NCBI RefSeq assembly: GCF_004010195.1
Contig: NC_057751.1
Location: 4,658,161 to 4,722,160, forward strand
DNA: 64,000 bases
Source of the DNA: Chiloscyllium plagiosum
Taxonomy: Eukaryota
Direction: 5' to 3'
Shown here in pieces: positions 50,931 through 63,739 of the stretch; position 1 is the first letter of the stretch, and each line of letters opens with the position of its first letter. A program made the translations under genes and the position numbers. The notes under the pieces are model-generated. The model was not told the DNA's origin. It did no database searches and saw nothing but the letters and a program-made list of their open reading frames with translations.

Positions 50931-52058
50931 AAGTTGCGGGTGCATCCATTCTTGGTGAAGACTCTGTAAAGGTGTTTTTCTTCCTTTCGTTGGTCGGGAG
51001 TGCCGCAGTGTGTTGTTCTTTTGAACAGGGTCCTAATGCAGCTGCTCTTGTGTGTGTTGGGATGATTGCTGTTGTCGTTCAGGATCTGGTCCATAAGTGT
51101 GGTTTTTCTGTACACTTTTGTGGTACATTCACCGTTTTGTGTTCTTTCCATCATCACATCCAGGAATTCAAATTTCACCGTCTGCCATGGCAAGATTTCA
51201 ACCCAGTCCCTAGAACATTACCTCGGTCTTTGGATTAACAATCCAGCAATAATACCTTCAGTCATTACCTTCCCTTGACATTGCCAAAGAATAAAGAGAG
51301 AGCCATAATTCTCATTGATCCACTGGCACAATCCATAGGATCAACACTGGGTGACGAGAAGACTGGGAAGATTATCCCCTGCTAGGCAGGCTGGCTTTGA
51401 AGACTGGCCAGACAGCAGGAGTGAGCACTTGGGGGGCTTTGTCCATTTTAAGTAGGAGTGGAGAGACCTGCTCCCAGAGACCATCCCGAGAAGCAGTGCG
51501 AGTCAGTGGTACTTATCCAAAATCACAAGGGAAGGTAAAGAGGGAAAGGGTTGGAGCAGACATACTGGGAAGAAGAGTGTACTGGAAATGGGAAAAGTAA
51601 GAGAAACCAGGGCTGGGGGACAGCAAAAGGAAGCAGGAGGTTGGTGAATTCAGGTGGCCTCAATGCGGAACATAGAAATGAACATCCTGCAGTGAGCTAC
51701 AGACCAAAATCTCCTGCAGGGGTTGAACCAGAGGTTGTAAAATTTGGAATTGGTTCCCACCGCTCACCCAAAGGTCAACTCCTATTGGAGAGGAACTGAG
51801 TGCTTCACTGAGAATTGGGTCCTCACTTGCTTGCCGAACCAAGCTCGGGTGGGACGATTTTGGGAACAAGGCATCGCCGGTACTAATCCCAAAGCTGGGC
51901 TATTGCTTGTTCAGGCTGGTTTCTCTTAGGAGTAAGCTTGAAGCCGATTCTTGCCATGAGCCGTTCCGAAAAGCTACAGCCCAGAGAGAGAAAGAAGCCT
52001 TACGAGGGATCTTTAATTGGAAATGCATGTTGGCTGAGGTGACCAGGCAGTTTGCCAA

Positions 52059-52163
52059 ACATTCCCTCAACATTCTTGAATAATGCTGACTATATAAGGC
52101 TGGCATGAGATGGTTTGTGAAGGAACTAGCAAGGAAATGAAACATTTTGAAAACTATTTATAG
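52059..52163. promoter_or_regulatory. Candidate muscle-type motif cluster (TEAD, CArG/TATA-like, MEF2)
   Basis: ACATTCC 52059-65, ACATTCT 52070-76, CTATATAAGG 52090-99, CTATTTATAG 52154-63, in a stretch with no recognisable repeat. Confidence 0.3.
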
Positions 52164-53039
52164 TACAGTTTTAAAATCACGCTTTTTTTTCTCTCAAATG
52201 TTACAAATTCTCGTGTGAGTGGTAATTCGTTCAAGGAAGCTGAGGGCAATTCCAATGAACTGAGCTGTCAGTCGACTTGACTCCGTGAGGACCTGATGAG
52301 TACTTGACCCAAATTATGCTTCCATGTAAATGGAAATTTCCACCAATTGTTGGGACAGCTCCAGCGTTCTGACCTAAACTGAAACATCACTGGTGACCAA
52401 CGAGAATGCATTTCACCAGGACAACATGGAGCTGTCTTGACAAACATCCACATTTCTGAAAAAAGACACCCCCTACCCCAAACACTTCAACAGGAGTTTC
52501 ATGGGAAGTGCCTGTTCTGAATGCCCAATGTTAGATTTCGGGGAATTGACAGCAGTTGGAATTTCAGTATTAGATTTTTTTAAAAGCGACATTTTGTCAG
52601 TACTAATTGCACTGCAGCTACGTACTCCCAATTATTTTACGAGTCATTTGGTACCCTTTGCAAAGATAGTTGCTGACACGATACAGCAATGCTTCGTGTC
52701 TTGTTGAAATCTTGGAATCAATCATTTCTGGCAAGCAAAAATGAGCCATGTTTGACTGATTCACTTAAACAGCTTGTTCACGTAGCTAACAGCACATTCA
52801 GAATTATTCAGCAAGTGCTGCTGAAGCATATCTCATGGTAAGCATTCACTTTGGGCTTTGCAAGTACAGGCTGGCTGAGCATGCTCTGTGCAGAGATGTC
52901 ATAACATATCTCAGAAACATGGAAACTTGAACCCAGGGCTTCTGGTCTAGAGGTAGGCATTCAAGTACTGCATCTTAAGACCTACTTAGTCCAACTCCTT
53001 GCATTTGTTTGCAGTGGTCGGCTCCTGTTCTGCAAGTGA

Positions 53040-53470
53040 AGTTTGTTATGCAAAAGATAGGGCTGGGTGAGGGGCTATGGAGTAAACGATAGATGAACAT
53101 AGAACACAAAGACAGAGAAAGAAAACATTTGGACAAAGGAGTGGATAACAATCAGCCTAGGAAGGTGAATAGCTGCTAATGGGGACTAGAAGTGGTGACC
53201 AATGGGTTGAGTGTAACAGCAGACTGTGTGATAACAAGGCCTAGAGTCTAAGGGTTGAGGTAAGGACATGGGGGAAGGTGCATTAAACCCTAAAATTGTT
53301 GAACTCGATATTGAGTCCACAGGTTATTGACTTCCCAATTGGAAAATTTGGAGTGGAACTTGAAGTCTCTTTTTCTTTCTTCCTCCAGAGATGCTGCCAG
53401 AGCTACTGAGTTTCACTGGCAGTTCCTGTTATCACTTTAAATTTCCAGCACCCAAGGTGTTTTGCTTTTA
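53040..53470. mobile_element. PLE C-terminus/3' UTR (minus) joined to a family B pLTR (plus)
   Basis: Minus strand GLNIEFNNF-like PLE terminus near 53295-53325. Confidence 0.55.
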
Positions 53471-53639
53471 TTTGTGCAATGAACCCTGTGTCCATCCCAG
53501 GCCTCACCTTCCGCCCCTTGCATCTTTTCAGGAGATTTGTGAGAGCGTGAGTCATTAATGGTTTCCATGGAGATCTACAAAGATCCCTTGCTCTGTTTTG
53601 TTGCAAATGGGAGACAGCATCTTGTCACAAAGATGGAAG

Positions 53640-53985
53640 GCACAGAAACAGACCCTTCGGTCCAATGTGTCCAGATATCCGAAACTAATCTAGTGGCTGC
53701 ACTTGGCCCATATCCCTCCAAACCCTTCCTATTCATATACCCATCCGGATGCCTTTTAAATGTTGGAATTGAACAGCCTCCGCCACTTCCTCTGGAAGCT
53801 CATTCCATATACACACCACCCTCTGCATGAATAAGTTGCCGCGTAGGTCCCTTTTCAATCTTTCGCCTCTCACCTTAAGTCTATGGCCTCTAGTTTTTGG
53901 ACTCCCCTATTCTGGCAAAAAAGACTTGTCTACTCACCCTATCCATGCCCCTCATGATTTTATTAAACTTCTATAAAGTCACCCA
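53640..53985 (-). mobile_element. HER1/CR1 LINE 3' end
   Basis: Reverse complement of 15100-15530-type sequence. Confidence 0.85.
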
Positions 53986-54794
53986 AGCATCTTGAACCAG
54001 CCTTGTTTGGTTGCAAGCAAAGACAACATTTGTGTTATCAGCCCTGCTGGGGCAGAGCAGTTCTTAAAGCAACATTCCAAGTTTGTAGACTGGCAATCAT
54101 GTCAGTGGCAAGGGCTCAACTTGTCTGATGACACTTTCAAGCAAATATCATGTGGACAACCGTGGTGAGTTACGTTTATAGGACAGTTTCTGTTGTCATA
54201 TCACTACTCCTCGATTGCATTGGTCCTGAGCTTCTCACAGCTTGGAAACGCAACAAAGGTCGAAAGGGTAATCACAATGCCACAGTCACGCAAGTGCAGC
54301 CTTGGTCACTTTGCCGTTGCTTTCTGTGCTCTGGGATGAAAGAGGATCCTTTGTCTCTGAGTGGGTGTTTTCAAGTACACAAAGGCAATCTCTCAGGCAG
54401 AACTGAACATGCGTGGGCTTTGCAGTGATAACCAAATTACACCAGACAACTAGAACCGAGTGGGTTTGGCAGTGGCATGGCTCCAATGCGAAAGGCCAGA
54501 AAGTGAGACCTGTCAATCTCTTTATGAAAGAGACGACAGTGTTTCCTAATTGTTGAATGAAATACCCCAGTCTGGCAAATAGCCTCACTGAATGCTTGGT
54601 GCATCATTGCGAAAAATCTTTACAAAACAGTGAAAATGAAGGTTAGGCTTGCAACTTCTCAAAGTGTTTTACAGCTGCGAAACTTTGTTTTGAAGTAAGC
54701 CTCATGGTTATGTCAGAAATGTAGCAGCCAATCTGTCCTCCCACTGAATAGTAAAGCGATCACCACCAAATAATCTCTTTTTACTGATGCGGTG

Positions 54795-55250
54795 GTCATT
54801 GGCCAAGTTGGATTTGTTCTGCTTTTTGTGCACAGGGCATACCAGGACGCTTTTCCACATTGCTGGGTAGAAAGCAGAGTTGTAATTCTACTAGAATAGC
54901 CTGGCTAGGGGAGCGTCAAGATCTGGAGCACAAGTCTTCAGCACTATTGCCGGAATATCATCAGGGCCCGTAGCCTTTGCAGTAACCAGCGTCTCCAACC
55001 ATTTCTTGATTTCACGTGGAGTGAATCGAATTGGCTTAAGCCTGGTACCTGTAATGCTGAGGACCACTGCAGGAGACCGAGATGGATTGTGCTCACTGTA
55101 CATCTGGCTGAAGATTGCTGCAAATACTTCAGCCTTATCTTTTGCATTGAACTGCTGGGCTCTTCCATCATGGACATGGGGATATTTGTGGAGCTTCCTC
55201 CTCCTCATCCACCACCACAGGACGACAGGCTTCATCTGTTCAACCAACCA
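54795..55250 (-). mobile_element. CR1/L2-clade LINE RT N-terminal fragment
   Basis: KAEVFAAIFSQ...EIKKWLETLVTAKATGPDDIPAIVLKTCAPDLDAPLARLF. Confidence 0.85.
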
Positions 55251-56393
55251 CATTTGGACCATTTCGGTTTGAGTGTGTGACAGATGAAGATGAGTGCTGT
55301 GGCTGGATGAAGTATACTTCATAAATGCAAGCAGTTTTCTCCTTTTTGTTATATCTGTGTGTTGGGACGGTGTAGGTTCAGTTCATGTTGCTGTTTCTAG
55401 CTGCAATTACTTGCAAGCTGAACAGACAGGACTGTTGTGAAATCTGAGTGCCAGCAGTGAACATGTCGAAAATAAGAGGAGGTCAGTTTGAAGGCAGATG
55501 GAGTTTGATGGCTTGAAGATTTGCAGACAGAAGTGATCCAAGGGGATATGCTGCTTTCTCGTTTGGTGTGCAATGCTGAGAACAGAAAGGGTGTTGAATA
55601 CTGAGTGAACAACCAGCATCAGGCTCCTGGAGACAAATACACATGCCCAGGCTGTGTGTGGCAAGACAGTGGCAGATTCTGGAGGAAGGTCTTGTCTTGA
55701 CTCCAAGTGTCTCCTCTCCCTGGTCTCATCCACAAAGGTGAACCCAGAAGAGTGGACAACACCAGTAGGCATAGCACAGCAATTCCAACAGTGCTCTCCA
55801 ACAGAATTCTGTGGGATCCTCCGTCACAGAAGGAGCAGTCTCCAACCACACTCACATTGCTTGTGATTAGCAAGACACTTTACAAGGGCTACCTTGTATT
55901 AAAGCCAACTGCAATAAAGGTTTATGATGCAGAAGGTCTGTTAATTGAGTAAGCATTTCCTCTACGTTACCAATGTACGGGACTCGCTGTCTTCTCTTCC
56001 CTAATGATAAATCCATGTGGACTAAAGATCATAAAACCCACAGCATTGTGGGTTTCGCAAACATTGAAGACAACTTTTGCTCAGAAAGTTCAACATGAAT
56101 TTCTTGATACTGAAGGATGCTAAGTCTTTGGAATTGAGATGTCAGGAATGGCAGATATTGCGGGTGGTCTGACTGGCTGATAAGGAAAGCAGCAAGCAGT
56201 TAACTCGTGAGACCACTTTTGGGTCCCTGCTGAAAAGAGAACTTGTATCGTTATTAAACCTCACAACATCTTAGACTGTCCCTAAAGCCAAAGAAGCAAC
56301 GGGTGCACTGTTGCAATGGTGGAAATTGCACCAACCAATTTTACACAGACACGGCTGGAAAGGAAATGCAAGGGAAACAGGTTCTCAAGTTCC

Positions 56394-56417
56394 CAGCAGC
56401 AGCAGCAGCAGCAGCAG
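56394..56417. repeat. (CAG)8 microsatellite
   Basis: Directly visible. Confidence 0.9.
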
Positions 56418-56699
56418 CGTTCCTCTTCTCTCCTCTGAACATTCTCATTCAGCTGAGCTTGGAGCTGAATGTTCACTGAAAGATCACCATATTCATTAAG
56501 GCAGTACTCACACAGCGATGCACATCTGTACGTCTGGGCTGGTTTAGGCATTCTTCCATCTGCTGCTGAGGTTTAGCTGTGGCTCATAGACCCCTCTCTC
56601 ACTCTCAACTCAAGTCACAAGATCAAGGAAGTGTTTGAGTGCCACATGGGAAACTGGAGACCTGTTGGCCTATAACCTGGTGTTGTGTGATTTTTAATG

Positions 56700-57320
56700 T
56701 TATACTAAAACCATTTCCCTTACAGGATCCATATCCCTCTATTCCCTTCCTATTCATGTACTTGTCCAGGTGCTTCTTAAATGCTGCTATTGTGCCTGCT
56801 TCCACCATCCCCTCTGGCAGCACATTCCAGACACTCTCCACCTTTGTGTGAAAAACCTGCCTCACACATCCCTTTTAAACTTGTCCCCCTCCCACACCAC
56901 TGTACATTGAACCTGCGTCCCTCAGTAATTAACCCCTCCACCCTTTGGAAAAAGCCTCATACCTTCCACTCTATCCATGCCATTCACAATCTTTTAAAAT
57001 TCGAACAGGTTGTCCCTCAACCTCCTCCGATCCAATGAAAACAAACCCAATCTATCCAACCTTTCCTCACAGCTAACATCCCCCATACCAGGGTACATCC
57101 TGGTAAACCGTTACTGTACCCTCTCCAAAGCATCCACGGTAGCACGATAGTGTGGTAACCAGAACTGTACACAATATTCTAAGTGTGGTCTAAGTAAAGT
57201 CTGTAAAGCTGCAGCATAACTTGTCTGTTTTCATACTCAATGCTCTTTCCAATGAGGGCCAGCATGCCATTGGCCTTTTTCACTCCTTGACCTACTGAGC
57301 TGCCACCTTCAGTGATCTCA
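56700..57320 (-). mobile_element. CR1/HER1 LINE 3' fragment
   Basis: Near-identical to 26510-27075. Confidence 0.88.
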
Positions 57321-58779
57321 CTTTTTTGTAATCTATTTTTCTTCCATCCAGAAGTGCTCCTACACACAAGTGAACAGCTTTTCCACCACCAAATCACCAT
57401 GACATTGTTTTGCAGTTACGAGCTGCCACCAGTAAATCACCCGTGCAACCAATTAGCTATTTACATACAGACAATGCCAGCCATCAAAAGTGAGGGAGGG
57501 CGAGGAAGGGTCTCAATCAAAATGGAGTTGGAGGTGAACATAAAGCAGCATATCCCCTGCGGTGTTTACCTCTCTCCAGTAGCATCAAAAGTATTGGTGG
57601 GCACTCGGTGACACCCGGGCACAAACGTAACCATGGAAGGGGGCAGGCAGTCATCTTGTCACTCTTTAGAGCTGAATAGCTCCAGCCCAGGCAACATTGC
57701 AGTCAATCTCATGTGCCCCCTCTCCAGTACAATCGTTTCCCTTCGATATGATGGTGACCAGGAGTGCACACAGTCATCCAGCTGTGGCCTAACTCATGTT
57801 AGACACAGCTCCACCGTATCATCCCTGCTCTTGTATTCAATACCTTGACTAATGATCGCAAGTATCCCACAGGCCTTCTCAAACACCTCATCTTGCCTTC
57901 CCATTTCATTCACCCATCCTCATGAGCAACGATGCTAATCCTATATCTAAAGTTCATCTCTAACAAAACAAGCTGTGCTCCCTGAGAGTTGAAAGCCAAT
58001 GCTGGAGAGTAAATGATTTTTTTAAATACATTTGTGGGAAATGGGCATTGTTTACTGTCCTTAGTTGCCCCTTGAGAAGGTGGTGGTGTGAGCTACCTTC
58101 TTGAACTGCTGCAGTCCACCTGCTGTGGGTTGCAGGATTTTGACCCAGCAATGTTGGGAGAGATCTGCGAGTGAACAGTACCACCCTGAGGCCTGAGGGG
58201 AATTTAGAATGGTTTTGTCAGAGACTTGCAACCACCATGGACTGCGAAACAGCACTGAGTATCAAGGACAAAGACTAAACCTGAGGAAAGAGAGGCAAGA
58301 CAGATCAGGGCTGGAGGGTAAGGAATGACAGCAAATATCAAACCACAAAAACAGGACCAGAGACTCGAGAGAGAGAGAGAGAGAGAGAGAGATAGGGAGA
58401 CTGGCATAGAGGAACAGTGCAGGCAAGGGATCAGAGGTACGGTGATTGGCAACAGAAGGTGACCAGACAGAAAACGTCAGACAAAAGCAGGACAAAGCTG
58501 GGAACACAAAAGTAAACACTCGAGGATTGTTTGACTGCCAGTCTCATGTGATGAAATGGTTCCTCTACATGTATTTGTTTCCAGTAAAGACTGACTCACT
58601 GTCTCATCTGTGTTGCAACAAATCTGCATTTCCATTGATGGAGGAATGAAAGGCAGCAGGTGGTGAAACACTGTTTTCTCTGGGATCATCCACCTTCAGT
58701 GGCTAATAGGGAAAGGCAATGGACTGCTGGCCTTTCGTTCAAAGGGAATAGAGGATAAAGAATAGTGAAGTTTTGCCAA

Positions 58780-59483
58780 ACATGGAAGGCAGGTGAACTC
58801 AGGGCATGGTTAGGAACGTGGGACTGGGATATCATAGCAATTACGGAAACATGGCTCAGGGATGGGCAGGACTGGCAGCTTAATGTTCCAGGATACAAAT
58901 GCTACAGGAAAGGTAAAAAGGGAGGCAAGAGAGGAGCGGGAGTGGCATTTTTGATAAGGGATGGCATTACAGTTGTACTGAGGGAGGGTATTCCCGGAAA
59001 TACATCCAGGGAAGTTATTTGGGTGGAACTGAGAAATAAGAAAGGGATGATCACCTTTTGGGATTGTATTATAGACTCCCTAATAGTCAGAGGTTTAATT
59101 GAGGAACAAACTTGTAAGGACATCTCAGCTATCTAAGAATAATAGGGTGGCTATGGTAGGGGATTTTAACTTTCCAAACATATACTGGGACTGTCACAGT
59201 GTTAAGGATGTAGATGGAGAGGAATTTGTTAAGTGTGTACAAGAAAATTTTCTGATTCAGTATATGGATATACCTATTGGAGAAGGTGCAAAACGTGACC
59301 TACTCTTGGGAAATAAGGCAGGGCAGGTGACTGATGTATCACTGGGGGAGCACTTTGGGACCAGTGACCATAATTCTATTAGTTTTAAAATAGTGATGGA
59401 AAAGTATACACCAGATTTAAAAGTTGAAGTTCTAAATTGGAGGAAGACCAATTTTGACGGAATTAGGTAAGAACTTTCAAAAG
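58780..59483 (+). mobile_element. CR1 ORF2 apurinic endonuclease fragment (frameshifted)
   Basis: DIIAITETWL...NVPGY...GGKRGAGVA; VGDFNFPNI; DLLL; SDHNSI motifs. Confidence 0.92.
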
Positions 59484-59639
59484 TATGTAAGATTCACTTG
59501 GTTGATTCAATGTATGGAAGGACTTCAGTATGAGGACAGGTTGAGTCGGGTGGGCTTATACTGATTGGAGTTCAGAGAAATGAGAGGAGACCTTGTTGAA
59601 ACGTGTTTTACAACGCATGTTATATCGCATGTTATATCG

Positions 59640-60298
59640 GAAAGTGAAGAAGGCATTTGGTATGCTTTCCTTTATTGGTCAGAGTAATTGAGTACAGGAG
59701 TTGGGAGGTCATGTTGCGGCTGTACAGGACATTGGTTCGACCACTGTTGGAATATTGAGTGCAATTCTGGTCTCCTTCCTATCGGAAAGATGTTGTGAAA
59801 CTTGAAATGTTTCAAAAAGGATTTACAAGGATGTTGTCAGGGTTGGAGGATTTGAGATTTAGGGAGAGGCTGAACAGGCTAGGGCTGTTTTCCCTGGAGC
59901 GTCGGAGGCTGAGGGGTGACCTTATAGAGGTTTACAAAATTATGAGGGGCATGGATAGGATAAATAGACAAAGTCTTTTCTCTGGGGTGGGGAAGTCCAG
60001 AACTAGAGGGTATAGGTTTAGGGTGAGAGAGGAAAGATATAAAAGAGAGCTAAGGGGCAACTTTTCACTCAGAGGGTGGTATGTGTATGGAATGAGCTAC
60101 CAGAGGAAGTGGTGGACGCTGGTACAATTGCAACATTTAAAAGGCATTTGGATGGGTATATGAATAGGAAGGGTTTGAAGGGATACGAGCCATGTGCTGG
60201 CAGATGGGGCTAGATTGGGTGGGATATCTGGTTGGCATGGACGAGTTGGACCGAAGGATCTGTTTCCGTTCTGTGAATCTTTATGACTCTGTGACTCT
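59640..60298 (+). mobile_element. HER1/CR1 LINE 3' end
   Basis: QFWSPSYRKDVVKLE...RERLNRLGLFSLERRRLRGDLIEVYKIMRG; tail tgactctgtgactct. Confidence 0.92.
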
Positions 60299-60299
60299 C

Positions 60300-60840
60300 T
60301 GGTAAAACTGCTAAAAAAAACAGTACTAGTCAGACTCCAGCTGAGATCCTGTGAACAGTTTTCAGCCCCTTCTCGAAGGAAGGATAGACTGGCCATTGGA
60401 GGCAGTCCAGAGAAGATTCACTTGGCTGATCCTGGGGACGGAGGAACTCTCTTATGAGGACAGCTTGCGTAGGGTGGGCTTGTACTCACTGGAGCTCAGA
60501 GGAATGACAGGAGACCTTGCTGAAATGTACAAGATCCTAAGGGATATGGAGAGATTGTTCCCCCTTGTGGGAGAGTCTGGGACCAGAGGATGTACTCTCA
60601 GAGAAAGGGGTCACCACTGAGAGAGAGATGTGGAGGAATTTCTCCTCTCTGAGGGGAGTGAGGCTGTGGATTTTGTTTACTGCAGAAGCTGAGCTTTAAA
60701 GTATAGTCAAGGCTGAGACAGACAGATTTTTAATCAGGTAGGGGAATGAAGGGCTATGGGGAAAAGGCAAGAAAGGGGAGTTGAGGATGATCACGATCTC
60801 ATTAACAGTAGAGCAGACCTGATGGGCTGAATGGCCTCGT
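60300..60840 (+). mobile_element. Older CR1 3' fragment
   Basis: LEAVQRRFTWLILGTEELSYEDSLRRVGLYSLELRGMTGDL. Confidence 0.8.
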
Positions 60841-62159
60841 GCTGATCCCAGGTCTTCTGGGTACTTTTTTCTTCAGGTCAAAAGGCATTGAAGGCAAAAT
60901 CTATCTCCCCATCTATCTCTTTCACCTTGCTCCTCCTACACACATTGTGGAGCATGCAAGGTTCTTGAGCTGGTTTGTCCTCCCATCATGCCGCCATCAA
61001 TGTAGCATGGAGGCAAGAACAGGTCATGAAGGAAACAAAATGATGTGCAAAGAAAGCAATGGTGACCTGAGGCAAAAAAAGATCTTTATCACAGAGCAAG
61101 TAGTTAGGGTCTGGAATGCACTGCCTGGAAATGTGATAGAAGCAGGGTCAATGGAGGCATTGAAGTGGGCCATGGGTTGGTTATTTCACTAGAAATGGTG
61201 TGCAAGGAGGTGGGGGAAAGGCAGGAGATTGGCACTAGGGAACAGAACTGGAGCAGCAAAGTGGACCAAATAGCCTTGTTCTGTGCCCAAACAATAATCC
61301 CATTATCCCCACCCCCGTTGCTGTTTCTAAATGTTAGCAGGGTGCAACTTGGCCACTGTTTATCCTCCATTGCAGCAGGGATTTGGCTGTCATGCACTTT
61401 GAGACATCTGCAAAGCGCAAGAAAAGCAGACACTTGCAAAGGCAGGTGTTGCAGTGAGGATGGTTTGAGACAGCCTGCGACTTGCTCACCAGTTGGTATC
61501 TGTGGTACCAAGCTCCTGCTTCCAAGCGCTGTTGGGTGGCTGCGATTTGTTTTCTCTCTCTCTCTCTGTGACATACTGCTCATGGAGTTCCAATCATCAG
61601 GAATTATTTGTTCCCATGAGGTGTCAGTGACGTTCTCTATATAGAAAGGTAATTTCGCAGTTGAGTGTGACCAGTGTACTAAGCTCGCTTCATCAGAACA
61701 CTGGACTAGAAACATTAATTCCATTTCTCTCTCTTGCTCTCTTTCTCTCTCCACAGATGCTGCTGGATTTGCTGAGTTTCTCCAGCATTTCTGTTTGCTG
61801 CAGACTGGAACCCATGTTAAAATTCACCAATGCCCCTTTTCAAACTGGGCTCCCTTTATCCTAGGATTGGAAGGGGAGCTGGGCAGCACACAATGGGTCT
61901 CCCACAGACTGGTGGCATTGTGAACTGGTTATTCACCATGCTACTTCTGTTTTGTCTGTCTATCAGTCCCACCAGAATGCACCAGCACTAGGTCAAGGGA
62001 TACCTATAAGTGAATGGAGTACCTTGCAGGGGGTGACCAACAGGGGCTATCACTTGCCAGCCCTCAGTTTGTAACATTTCAACCTGATTGTCTGTCAAGG
62101 TCACATTCCTGTGCTCATGAGTAAGTGTCTTACAAAAAGACACTTCTTTCATCATCTGT

Positions 62160-62550
62160 CCCATCTGTGGGCCTCACTGGCTGGGCCCAGCATTTCCTGC
62201 CCGCCCCTAGTTGCCCCTTAAGAAGGTGGGAGTGATCTGCCTTCTCGAACCACTGCAGCCCATATGCTGTGGGTAGACCCACAATGCCCTTAGGGAGGGA
62301 ATTCCAGGATTGTGACCCAGTGACAGTGAGGGAACGGCGATATATTTCCAAGTCTGGATGGTGAGTGACTTGGAGGGGAACTGGCAGGGGATGGTCTTCC
62401 CATGTATCTGCTGCCCTTGTCCTTCTAGATGGAAGCGGTCATGGGTTTGGAAGGTGCTGTCTGAGGATCGTTGGTGAATTGCTGCAATGCATCTTGTAGA
62501 TAATACACATTGCTGCTACTGAGGGTCAGTGGGTGGTGAAGGGAATGGAT
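62160..62550 (-). mobile_element. LINE 3' end sharing its tail with the second SINE family
   Basis: Minus WNSLPKGIVGLPTAYGLQWFEKADHSHLLKGQ; similar pieces at 41880-42030 and 58020-58150. Confidence 0.7.
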
Positions 62551-63149
62551 GCAGCCCTTGGGAAAGGCTTATCCTCTCATTGTTGCAACTCAGTGGCTTT
62601 CTGAGCCTCTTGAGAGGGCAGATAATCTCAGTGATAGGTGTGGGTGAGTGGGAAACGGACACCATTCAGCTGGTTCCACATTAACCAGCTATTAGAGCCT
62701 TTATTACAACCTTCCCAAAACAGTGTCTGTCAAATGGTTACAAACTCTGAGCACTCTGAGGGGTCAGGTGGGGGAGAGTTGAACTGTGATGCTCGGAATG
62801 ACACAGTGCAGCTCGGAATGAGCAATGCAGTGATTCTAAGATGAGGGATGGCAGTGTGGCCACTGAGGGTGAAGGGGGAATGACAGCAGGGAATCACGAT
62901 GGCCACAGCCTGACTGAGGTAGCTTCTATTCTTAGATCGGTCCAAAGGATCCCATCCAAATCTTACTGGGGATCTGCTTTGGGTCAGGGTGCAAGGTGAG
63001 ATGTAAATGTTTGCAATCTGACCCCATCAAGGAGCCAAGAGTCTGAGAGAAGTCAGGCTGGACTCATAGAATTACCTGCTCTATGTCTCTTGCTCTCCCT
63101 CTCTTTCATTTGTGCATGCACATGCATACTCACACATACACACACGAGT

Positions 63150-63670
63150 CACAGCGTCATAGAGGTTTACAGCATAGAAAAATGTCCTTCGGCCCATTGA
63201 GTCTTGCTGGTCCAAAACAACCACCTCACTATTCTCATTCAATTTACCAGCACTTGGTCCATTGTCTTTTATCCTTGGCACCATAAGTGCAGATCTCAAT
63301 ACTTCCACAATGTTACAATGGTTTCTGCCTCTCCCACCCTGACAGGCAAGAGGTTTCAGACTCCCATCACCCCCTGGATGAAAAAGATCTTCATCACATT
63401 TCCTGGAAACTTCCTAAATCGACCCTTCAATCTATGCCCCCTGGTCACTGATCCCTCCACCAAGGGGAAAACTTTCTTACTGCCTCCGCTGTTTATCCCC
63501 TTCATCACTTTCCACAACTGTACACAGCACTCGAGTTCCACCGTTCCAACATTAACTCCCTGCTCTTAAACCCTACGCCTCAGTGTCCCAAATGCCTCTT
63601 TAACCACTTCATTGACCTGTCCTGCTACTCTAAGGGATAGGTGTGCTTGCACATCAAGGTCCCTCTGATC
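63150..63670 (-). mobile_element. CR1 3' fragment
   Basis: Minus KVFPLVEGSVTRGHRLKGR. Confidence 0.7.
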
Positions 63671-63739
63671 AATCTTTGAACTATCAAGATCCTCTCTCTC
63701 CCAGCATTCCAAACATCCCTCCCACCCCCACTAATGCAC

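Larger units (their letters stand above)
49580..51165 (-). mobile_element. Penelope-like retroelement (family D), RT thumb to GIY-YIG region plus pLTR
   Basis: Minus ORFs FLDVMMER...TKVYRKTT...SNHPNTHK..CIRTLFKR; LPYIKNIAERAARLLRP; FNRENIMIIGQAKQRTARESLETWHS..SINKH. Confidence 0.88.
49370..51275 (-). mobile_element. Second-family SINE split by a Penelope-like element
   Basis: SINE halves at 49370-49579 and ~51164-51275. Confidence 0.65.

Noticed and set aside
52287..52310. CTGATGAG as a hammerhead
   Set aside because: No stem II and no following GAAA.
56394..56417. CAG repeat as a polyQ exon
   Set aside because: The polyQ frame stops within a few codons; no splice support.
61104..61754. 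216-aa minus ORF and a possible 60-nt exon (NVTDTSWEQIIPDDW)
   Set aside because: The ORF crosses pLTR, microsatellite and LINE sequence; no recognisable homology or partner exons.
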